Shown here one piece after another: positions 1 to 9,872 of a stretch of DNA of 64,000 nucleotides. Under the pieces are notes generated by a model. The model was not told the DNA's origin and searched no databases. It was given only the letters and a program-made list of their open reading frames with translations. A program made the position numbers and the translations under genes. Each line of letters opens with the position of its first letter. Within the stretch, counting starts at the first letter, position 1. Origin of the DNA: Azolla caroliniana (lineage: Eukaryota; Plantae; Polypodiophyta); NCBI GenBank assembly GCA_043228905.1, contig JBHGNT010000010.1, positions 3,844,001 to 3,908,000 of the forward strand. Direction: 5' to 3'.

Positions 1-198
1 CGTACAGGAGACGTCTTCGCACCCGGTCATATTAGGTGAACCATACATCACGGTGGCGCGAATGGAGACCAAGGTGCTAGACAACGGTTCGGCCTACGCA
101 AGGGTCAAAAGCCAGGACGGGCGCCATTCGGTCCAATTTCTGACCGTGAGACCGAACCACGAGCGGAACCGCGAATCCCTCGGTGGCGAGAACCGGGA

Positions 199-2912
199 GG
201 ATTTTTAGAGAGGGCTGCCAAGGCGTGGGGCCGAGACAGTCCGGACACTCGGGAAAGACCCCACAGCTGTACGATAGAACCGAAACCGAAGAAACCTTGT
301 ACGATAGGTAGAAAATTCTGCTTCTCCGGCAACGGAGGGTGTATGATAGTTGGCATCGTTGGGCGAGAAAAGACAAGGGCGGAAGTGCGACTTCGAGCGT
401 GCGGAGTTCTCGGCCCGGACGAGGAAATCAGCGGAGCTGTGGAGGCAGTGTCCTTCGACGACACCTTGGGGATGCTGAGGAAGGTTGCCAGAGAAGACCT
501 TAACGAAGACCGGACGATACCGGTATGTTCCAAAGAGATGTACGAAGTCATCGCGAACTTCAGTCGGGGGCTCGGGTCGGATCGGACGGCCCGAGTTAGC
601 ACAAAGTACAAGGCTGTGGACCGGAAGGTAAGGCCAGTCGCGGCACCCTTACCGGAGGGCAGCGAGTCCCGGATCAGAGGGGTTGCGTCGGACCCCAGTT
701 TACGAGATCCGGCCTGCATAGGACACACCTTCACTGACGGGACGCTCCGGGAGCTCAAAATTGGTGGGGGCGGGTTCCTACTGCCGGCGGAGGAAGACCG
801 GTTTCGGAGGATGCTCGAAAGGCACGGGAAAGCCTTCGCATTCTCACCGGAAGAGATCGGGTGCGTAGACCCGACGATCGTGGAGCCGATGGTGATATTC
901 ACGGTACCGCATGTGTCGTGGAATCTCAAGCCGATTCCGGTACCGAGAGCTCACATCCCGAGGTTGATGGAGCTTTTGAGGCAGAAAGTAGATATGGGCA
1001 TTCTCGAACCGTCGAGTGCCCCATACTCGAACCGATGGTTTACCGTACCAAAGAAAAACGGAACGATGCGCTTCATTCAAGACCTGCAGCCGGTCAACAG
1101 AGTGACCATTCGGAACGCAGGAATCGGACCGACCATAGACGAGTTCGCGGAGGCCTTCGCCGGAAGGTCGATTTACTCGGTTGGTGATCTGTACTCGGGG
1201 TACAACCAGTTCCAGCTAGCCGTGGAGAGCAGAGACATTACGACGATGCGAACTCCCCTCGGCCTAGTGCGAATGTGTACCCTGCCACAAGGAGGGACCA
1301 ACTCGGTGGCCCACATGGTGAATGCAATGAACAAGGTACTGAGGGATTGCATCCCGGACATCACCATGTCGTTTCTAGACGACATCCCTATCAAAGGGTG
1401 CCCGGTGGAAGAGAAGGACGAGACAGTCGGGCCGGACGGATGCCGGCGATTCGTGGCAACACACATCGACGACTGCGAGAAGGTGCTACAAAGTCTAGAG
1501 GATGCGAGGCTCACCTTCTCCGGGGAGAAATCGGCCTTCGGGCAATCAGAAATCCTGGTGGTCGGGCACCTATGTGGACCATATGGCCGGAAGCCGTCTT
1601 CGGCAAAGGTAGAAGCCATCTCCGCGATGAAGACCGATTGCAGCTCGGTTACGGAAGTTCGGAGGTTCCTGGGGGCATGCGCGTTCTACCACATATGGAT
1701 CCCGCATTACGCCCACGTTGCGGAGCCACTATACGGGTTGCTGAAGAAGGGGCGAAGATTCGAGTGGCGAGACGAGCACACGGAGTCGGTCCGGAAGCTA
1801 AAGGAAGCTCTTGCGGCAGCACCGGCGCTCCGGAAGGCTGTCTACAAGAAGGGTACCCCGGTATACATAACGGTGGATACGAGCCCGACCGGGATCGGAT
1901 GGGTCGTCAACCAAGAAGACGAGGACGGCACCCGGTTCCCGATCCGATTCGGCGCTAAGGTCCTCAGTGAGCGACAGCGAGGGTACGCCCAAGTTAAACG
2001 CGAACTCTGGGGTATCGTTTCGGCAATAAAGGCCGACAAAGACTACCTGATCGGGACGGAAGTGATTATCGAGACAGATTTCCGGATGGTTTCCGGATGC
2101 GCGACACCGGACTTGGCGATGCTCAGGTGGATAGCGTACATCAAGTCCCTGGACCCGGGAATACGACACATTTCCGGAAAAGACAACGCCATGGCCGACA
2201 TGCTTTCGAGGGCGAGGTTTGATGACGAGGGCGGCATGGTTTCGGAGGACGAAGAAGTCGGCGTGGACGTCTTCGAGGCGGCGTACGTGACGACTGACGG
2301 GGCGAGCACTCCGGCACTTAACGGCTTCGACGAGAGCAAGTACGACGGCGAGTGGCTACAGATCGGTGGATTTTTTAGGACAATGACGTCGGATGCGTCA
2401 TGGACGAAGGACGAGGCCAACCGGATCCGGAAGAAAGCATACCGATTCTTTCTCCAGGACGGATACTTATGGAAGCACCCGAAGAAGAGGAACGGCGTCC
2501 CGCTCCGGGTGGTGGCGATGAAGGAAGAACAGGAGGAGCTGCTGACGGCCTACCACGACAGCCCTTGGGCTGGACACCGTGGAACGTGGGCCACGTTCGA
2601 GAAGATAAAGGGGAAGTACTAGTGGTCGGGACTATACCGGGACGTGCATCGATTCATGACAACTTGTGAGAGCTGTCAGATGCACTCCATAGTCCGACAT
2701 CGGGACGAGCTTCACCCTACGTACCCTCCGACCATCCACTTCAAATGGATGGTAGATCTGGTGACGATGCCGATGGGAGTAGGACAGATGCGGTATCTGA
2801 TCCTGGCTCGGGAAGATCTGACCAACCAGGTAGAAGGCCGAGCCCTTCAGAACAAAACGACCGCGGTCGTATGTCGGTTCCTGATTGAGGACGTGATATG
2901 CCGGTACGGGTG
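199..2912 (+). pseudogene. Element A pol, 5' part (RT, RNase H, start of integrase), disabled
   Basis: Motifs DLYSGY, LPQGGTNS, FLDD, TVDTSPTG, DMLSR, HDSPWAGHRG...CESCQ. In-frame TAG at 2620-2622 where C has TGG. Short in-frame deletion (ETDFRMVSG versus ETDCLPILGMVSG in C). Confidence 0.92.
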
Positions 2913-3209
2913 TGTCGAATACAAGTGTATAATGGACGTATTCACACTAACCCTTTGTATAGCCCAAGTTTGGGGCATTTGTGTAATTAGCATAAAGGGT
3001 AGTTGCCCTAAGTCGGTCACTATCTATAGTGACCTTGTAACCTTTTTGTAAGGTTGGGTGTTGTATTATTTCTTCTATTGAATAGAAAGTCTTTTGTGCC
3101 TCTCTCTCTCTCTCTCTCTCTGTGCAACGACCTAGAGACTGTCATACGCAGGTACAGAAAAGAATCGAATGCTTCTTGATCTTCCGCATAGACGACTTTG
3201 TCTCCAACA
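2913..3209 (+). repeat. 5' LTR of Copia B (297 bp)
   Basis: TG...CA termini. Matches the split 3' LTR except for 2 substitutions and one TC unit seen by eye. Confidence 0.95.
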
Positions 3210-3890
3210 TCTGGTATCAGAGCCTGCACAGTATTCGGTCCTTCATCCCGCTGTCGGCCGTCGTCTCAGCCTGCACAGCATTCGGTTTCTTGCGTCATTC
3301 GAAGAAGAGAGAAGAAGAAGAAAAACGAGGTTTGCATCTCATCGCGTTAGATCATCTTCGCTTGGAGTAAGCCAGCAGGTTGTACTCTGTTCCTTGTGAT
3401 CGTAACCGCTCGAGGTGAAATCCCCTTGTGCAACATTGACACGATCGTGCTCCACTCGGTTAAATGGCATCCGAAGAGGTCATCAAACGCTGCTCGCCGC
3501 TCATTGTAACCGCTCGGTGCAGATCAGTCTCAAGACAACAACCCAAATTCATGCTTCATCTGGCTGATCGACATTCGGGAGGATCAGTTGGATCCGTCTC
3601 TCTCGTTGCTGCAGTCAACCGAAGCAGAATTGGTCCAGATAATCGGTTTCAATAATCGGTATTCAGCATATATATCCGAAGCGAACCGGGCTCACTCCGA
3701 CTCGGCAACATTCGGGAAGACCAGTCGGTTCTGTCCCTCAAGCTACCGGAGTCAATTCGAGCAAGTTCCGAAGCCGAACCGACTCGGGTTCAAATCCGAC
3801 TAGAACGATATCGGGTGAGCCAACCGGCTGCACTCCAACAAGGTTCGTAGTCAACTCCGAACCGAGCTTCGTCAACCGAAACCGAATTTG

Positions 3891-5139
3891 ATGGCATCAA
3901 CATCCGGCTCGTCAGAAATGAGTCTACGAAAGTTCGATGGATCGAACTTCAACTTCTGGAAGGAGCAAATGCAGGACTATCTCATAGTCAAGGGGCAAAT
4001 CGATCCCATCGAAAATGAAGAACCTCCAGAAGGATACAAACCAATTGAGTGGCAGAAGCTGGACAGAATCGTCCGCGCCACGATTCGGATGCACCTATCG
4101 GAATCGGTATACTTTACGGTGCAATCGTGTACGACAGCATTCGAACTGTGGAAAACACTGTCGGACACTTACGAAAAGAAGGTCGCCGCAACGAAGATGT
4201 TTCTGATCCGGCGCCTCTACAACTTGCGGATGAAAGAATCCGATTCGGTTCAAGCACACCTCAATGAGTACGAAAGCATAAGCTCCCAAATCTCGTCACA
4301 GGGGACGGCAATCGAGGATGAACTCAGAGCAATGATACTCATGAGCAGCCTTCCCTCATCATGGGAAACTTTCGTCACAACCGTGTGCAACGCGTCAACC
4401 ACGGCTGTTAAATACTCCGAAGTCACGAGCGCAATCCTGACCGAAGCAGCTCGGAGAAAGTCTTTCGCCAAAGACTCAACAGACGACGCTTATGTAGTAC
4501 AAGGTTCGACAGACCGATCGAACATACGAGGAAGAGATTCCTCACGGCCGCCGAACAATCAGCGAAGACGGAGCCAGTCACGGGATAACCGAATCTGCAA
4601 CTATTGCAAGAAACCCGGACACATCAAAGCCGACTGCCGCGCACTCAAGAACAAGAACAACAAGAAGAGTGGCCGGCATGAGGAGATCAATTACGTCAGC
4701 TTCTCAGCTGATGTGCTACCAAACGACCCGAATATACTATCAATCGAAAATCCAGTCGGATCAGAAGTTCTGCTCACGACTGAAGAATCGAGCACATGGC
4801 TCTTAGATTCGGGCGCGTCATTTCATGTGACTCCTCATCGATCCCAATTTCGGCAATATACGATCCGTCACTCCGACTCAGTTCGGGTCGGCAACTCGCA
4901 ACACTGTGACATCATTGGAATCGGCACAGTAGAGGTCAACCTTGCTGGTGGCTCTACACTTGTACTTCACAATGTCCGACATGTACCCGAGCTCTCAAGG
5001 CCATTGATCTCAGTCGGACAACTAGATGAAGACGGCATTCGTGCCGGTTTTTCTTCGGGAGGGTGGACACTCCACAGGGGGAACCTCCTGCTTGCTAGAG
5101 GACCCAAGATACACTCACTGTATCCGTTACATGTTACGC
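3891..5139 (+). CDS. Copia B polyprotein, 5' part (gag, zinc knuckle, protease), interrupted by C
   Basis: KFDGSNFNFWK, CNYCKKPGHIKADC, WLLDSGASFH. Joining 3891-5139 to 17980-20744 restores one open frame of 4014 nt (...HVT-LREGN...). Confidence 0.93.
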
Positions 5140-5806
5140 TGTCGTGAAGAAAACCGCCCACAAGAGGAATCGGAGGAACAAGGCGTGGGAAACGGCTCTA
5201 CACACACGCGCGCCAAGAAGTACATACGAGGATCCTAGGTGGGTAGATTCGGTTGGTATGCAGTTAATGCCAAACGGCCTCTTGACGGGATATAAAAAGG
5301 AAGAGGAAGAATAGAAGAGGGGCTCTCGCGCGGAGAGGACGGAGTGCTGCCGAACCGATTTCGGAGCTCCTCTCTCACTCCTGCTTCTCTGTCTTCTGCT
5401 CCATCGCGTACCTGTGCAGGTTTCGAGGAGGCTTGCGCTGCTCCGTGGAACGCCCGAGTGCGTCCTGCAGCACCTCCGACCTGTTTCCCCTTTCTGTGCG
5501 TCGCGTCATACAGGGGTCGGCATCTGTTCGCCGCCCTGTTCGTTTTCGTTAGTATCTATTCCGTGCCCCACCGTGGGTTGTAATACTTTGGCCTGTTATT
5601 TTCTTGCATTCATAAGTACATTTCTTTCGTTGTTGCGTCCATCTGCGTCGGCGTTTAACTGTGATCTCTGTTTGTTGGGCCGTGTCCCTGTGCGATCTTC
5701 GGTTCTGTGTAATCGGGTCTCTCTCTCTCTCTCTCTCTTGCTCTTCGGTCCAAGACCCCCGTGGTCCCTCCTCCTTTCTGCGCGCAAGGGCGTAGCAACC
5801 ACGACA
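5140..5806 (+). repeat. 5' LTR of Gypsy C
   Basis: Direct repeat of 17309-17975; TATAAAAAG at ~5291. Confidence 0.96.
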
Positions 5807-5809
5807 TCT

Positions 5810-5827
5810 TGGTGAACCCGACGTGAA
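5810..5827 (+). other. Primer-binding site complementary to tRNA-Trp
   Basis: TGGTGAACCCGACGTGAA is the reverse complement of TTCACGTCGGGTTCACCA, the 3' end of plant cytosolic tRNA-Trp(CCA) as recalled from memory. Confidence 0.85.
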
Positions 5828-5849
5828 AGAGGCGGCAGAAGAGCAGGAA

Positions 5850-7976
5850 ATGAGGGGGTCGGATCTCGCAGAGGCCATGGCTTCGGCCGTGGATCGGATT
5901 GTAAACGCGCGCGAGAGCACCGGTGCCCTCGACAGAGCTATTGAGGCGGTCGTCGGCACGATCGGCCGGTTCGATGGGAAGGATGCCACGAAGTATTTGG
6001 CGTCCTACGGTGCAGAGATGCTGATGCGGGACATTCCGGAAGAAAGGCGTCTTGCCGGATTTCCTCGAGTAGCGATGCCGAGCATCCATGCGGAGGTGCT
6101 CGAGGTGCGGACGGAGAGCCGTACCTGGGAGGAGTTCGAAGGTCGGCTCCTAGAGAAATACGGGCTGGACGACGCGCTCCGGCTTTCGAAGCGAAGGTTC
6201 ATGGAATGGGTGGAGTCCCCGGGGAAGGGAAGAAACGCGTCGGCGCTCCTCCGGGAGTTCGAGGAAAACTTTGCGCGCCTCTCGGCGCTCGACCGAACCA
6301 TCCTGGACACGAGCCGGGTCTTGCTGTTTGTCAAGTCAGTCGACGAGCGGGATCGGGAGCAAGTGGGCTTCTTGCTGGAAACCGAAGACGGGCTCACTAC
6401 CGACTGGGCGGCTGTCAGGAAGGTCTGTGGCCGTTTCGACAAACGGCGAGAATGGGCGGATAACGGGGCGACCGGGTCGGGCTCGGTCGCAGCAAGGAAG
6501 CTCGAACCAGCGCCACAGGTGCGCGAGGAAGAGACCCGGGAGTGGTTGGAAACCGGTTCGGCTTCGACCGGCGTAGTCAGAGGCTCAACCGGAGGAGCGG
6601 CGCTGGAGGAATTGACGAAGGCGATAAAGGACCTCCAAATCGCGCAGGCCCGAAGGGAAGGAGGCGAACCGGCTCGTGACCGACGGCCGGTGGCAGGAAA
6701 CAGGTGCATGTGGTGCGATGAAGTCGGCCACATTCGGAAGGACTGCGGCGACTTCGCGGAGGCGCTGAGGAACAGGGTGGTGTACCTGTGGGAAGGACGG
6801 GTGCATGCCAGCGACACCCGAAGGGCCCTGAGCCGAAACGACGGAAAAGGCGGTATGAAAAGGGTGATGGAAGAGGCGGCGGCCCGACACGCGGAAACCG
6901 TCCACTACTCGGCGTCAGCCGGCATTCGGGTCGGGGGCGGCGAGGCCCGGGGGGAAAGCAAAGCCGGATTCTGGCCGACGATGCTGGAAGGCCTTGCCGG
7001 TGCAGGGCTTAAAAGGGAGGAATCGGACCGTGCGGAGAAACGGGTACGGGAGATGACCGGGTGGAGCGACCCGGTCGAGGAAAAGACGGGCTTCGTGGAA
7101 GCCGCTTGCCGGAACTACGAGGCTCTGGTAGAAGAGAAGCGGGTGGGGAAACCCGGGACGACCGGGCCCTCACAACGATACGAGACCCGGTCCGGGCCAC
7201 GACGGGACGAAGCCGGCGGGGCCGGTACGCGAGATAAACCCCAGAAGGGCGGGTACCGTCTGGGGACGGAGATAGAAAGAACCACGGACTTACGAAAGGT
7301 CCTGGAGGAACGGATCCTCGACAGCAAGGTGGAGCTGTCGTTACGAGAGGTGCTGGGAATCGCCAAGAAGGAGTTCCACGACTCCATCGTGGACTTGGTG
7401 AAACGGAAGAGGCTGTCGACGGAGACAGAACCGGAAAGACCGGTGGAAGTGCGGACGACGCACCTAGACGACATGGCGCTGGGAGACGAGTGGGCGGAAA
7501 GCCACTATTCGAGACCACATTGGGCCCGAGCGACCACGGAAACCCCGGTGAAGATCGGCGATGTCCAGGAACCGGTGGTAGCTTTAGTAGACCACGGATC
7601 GGAGATCAATTTGATGTCCATGGACTTCTATAAGAAGGGCAAATGGCCGATCAACACCAAGCACGGGTGGAAAATAAGGGCAGCAACGCGCGCCACCGAG
7701 GAACTGCACGGGGCCTGTCCGAATGTGCGAGTCAAGATCGGCGACGTCGAGATTGACCAGCACTTCTTCGTGCAGGAGACATCTTCGCATCCGGTCATTC
7801 TGGGAGAGCCGTACATCACGGCGGCGCGAATGGAGACCAAGGTGCTGGACAATGGTTCGGCCTATGCGCGGGTCAAGAGCCAGGACGGGCGCCATTCGGT
7901 CCAGTTTTTGACGGTTAGGCCGAACCACGAGCGTAACCGCGACTCCCTCGGTTCCGATAACCGAGAGGATTTTTAG
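5850..7976 (+). CDS. Gypsy C ORF1: gag plus aspartic protease
   Basis: FDGKDAT capsid-like start, zinc knuckle CMWCDEVGHIRKDC, protease ALVDHGSEINLM...VILGEPY. Ends G GAT TTT TAG. Confidence 0.9.
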   Translation: MRGSDLAEAMASAVDRIVNARESTGALDRAIEAVVGTIGRFDGKDATKYLASYGAEMLMRDIPEERRLAGFPRVAMPSIHAEVLEVRTESRTWEEFEGRLLEKYGLDDALRLSKRRFMEWVESPGKGRNASALLREFEENFARLSALDRTILDTSRVLLFVKSVDERDREQVGFLLETEDGLTTDWAAVRKVCGRFDKRREWADNGATGSGSVAARKLEPAPQVREEETREWLETGSASTGVVRGSTGGAALEELTKAIKDLQIAQARREGGEPARDRRPVAGNRCMWCDEVGHIRKDCGDFAEALRNRVVYLWEGRVHASDTRRALSRNDGKGGMKRVMEEAAARHAETVHYSASAGIRVGGGEARGESKAGFWPTMLEGLAGAGLKREESDRAEKRVREMTGWSDPVEEKTGFVEAACRNYEALVEEKRVGKPGTTGPSQRYETRSGPRRDEAGGAGTRDKPQKGGYRLGTEIERTTDLRKVLEERILDSKVELSLREVLGIAKKEFHDSIVDLVKRKRLSTETEPERPVEVRTTHLDDMALGDEWAESHYSRPHWARATTETPVKIGDVQEPVVALVDHGSEINLMSMDFYKKGKWPINTKHGWKIRAATRATEELHGACPNVRVKIGDVEIDQHFFVQETSSHPVILGEPYITAARMETKVLDNGSAYARVKSQDGRHSVQFLTVRPNHERNRDSLGSDNREDF

Positions 7977-9399
7977 AGAGGACTGCCAAGGCGTGGGGCC
8001 GCGACAGTCCGGATGCTCCGGGAAAACCCCACATTTGTACGATAAAACCGTGTACGACAGGTAGGGTATTTTGCTTCTCCGACAGCGGAGCGTGTACGAT
8101 AGTCGGCATCGGCGGCCGAGAGAAGACAAAGGCGGAGGGGAGACTTCGAGCGTGCGGAGTTCTCGGCCCTGACGAGGAAATCAGCGGAGCCGTGGAGGCG
8201 GTCTCATTCGACGACACCTTGGGGACGCTGGGAAAGGTGGTCGAAGAAGGCCTTAACGAAGACCGGACGATACCGGTGTGTTCCGAGGAGATGTACGGAG
8301 TCATCGCGGGCTTCGGTCGAGGACTCGAGTCAGTTCGGACGGCCCGCGTAAGCACCAAGTACAAGACTGTGGACCGGAAGGTAAGGCCAGTCGCGGCACC
8401 CTTACCGGAGGACAGCGCGTCGAGAATCAAAGGGGTTGCATCGGACCCTAGTCTACGAGATCCGGCCTGCATAGGGCACACCTTCACCGACGAGACGCTC
8501 CGAGAGCTCAAAATAGGTGGGGGCGGGTTCCTGCTGCCGGCGGAGGAAGACCGGTTTCGGAGAATGCTCGGAAGGCACGGGAAAGCCTTCGCATTCTCGC
8601 CGGAGGAAATCGGGTGCGTTGACCCGACGATCGTGGAGCCAATGGTGATATTCACGGTACCGCATGTACCATGGAATCTCAAGCCAATCCCGGTTCCGAG
8701 AGCTCACATCCCGAAGTTGATGGAGCTGCTGAGGCAGAAAGTTGATATGGGAATTCTCGAGCCGTCGAGCGCCCCATATTCGAATCGATGGTTTACCGTA
8801 CCGAAGAAAAACGGTTCGTTGCGCTTCATCCAGGACCTGCAGCCGGTCAATCGAGTGACCATTCGGAACGCAGGGATCGGACCGACCATAGACGAGTTCG
8901 CGGAGGCCTTCGCCGGAAGGTCAATTTACTCGGTCGGGGATCTATACTCAGGGTACGACCAGTTCCAGCTAGCCGTGGAGAGCAGAGACATTACGACGAT
9001 GCGAACTCCCCTCGGCCTAGTTCGGATGTGTACACTGCCGCAAGGAGGGACCAACTCGGTGGCCCACATGGTGAATGCGATGAACAAGGTTCTGAGGGAC
9101 TGTATCCCGGACATCACCATGCCGTTTCTGGACGACATTCCGATCAAGGGATGCCCGGTGGAAGAAAGGGACGAGACGATCGGGCCGGACGGATGCCGGC
9201 GATTCGTGGCAACACACATCGACGACTGCGAGAAGGTGCTGCAAAGGCTAGAGGATGCGAGACTCACCTTCTCCGGGGAGAAGTCGGCCTTCGGGCAGTC
9301 AGAAATCATGGTGGTCGGACACCTGTGCGGACCATATGGCCGGAAACCGTCTCCGGCAAAGGTAGAAGCCATCTCAGCGATGAAGCCCGACTGCAGCTC
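7967..9399 (+). CDS. Gypsy C ORF2, 5' part (RT), in the -1 frame relative to ORF1
   Basis: Open from TAA 7958-7960 onward; RT motifs DLYSGYDQ, LPQGGTNS, FLDD. Rejoins 15181-17236 in frame when D and one TSD copy are removed (3489 nt total). Confidence 0.92.
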
Positions 9400-9532
9400 T
9401 GTCAGGAACTCTATTAAGGCAGAGAAGGAATTAGTACTAAAAGAAGGATTAGTACTATTGTTGGGGAATAGTACTAAGACAGAGAAGGATTAGTACTATG
9501 AGAGGTGTCGAACTTTGAGAGAAGGAATGAGT

Positions 9533-9582
<50 letters not shown>

Positions 9583-9872
9583 TGATGCGAAAGATATATG
9601 TATTATATGACGGAAGATATACAACAGTAGTTAGAAGGCTTAAGACTGGCGTTGAACCGATTTGGTTCGAACTAATGCCTTGCGCCTCCTTTTATAGTGT
9701 CTTCAGGAATACTCCTGAAGTTTCTAGAATGTTCCAGAGAAATCTGGAATATACATCAATTTCCTAATAAAACCTAAATGAAAATAATATCCTTCAAATT
9801 ACAACTCATAACCTAATGGTAAAGTCTCGACCCGTGTAACAAAAGGTTATGGGTTCGAGTCTAGTTATGACA
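9400..9872 (-). repeat. 3' LTR of chromovirus D
   Basis: Direct repeat of 14707-15175 with TGTCA...TGACA termini. Confidence 0.96.

Noticed and set aside
9420-9500. Short spaced repeats that could be mistaken for a CRISPR array
   Set aside because: The units are short and irregular, lie inside a eukaryotic LTR, and there are no cas genes.
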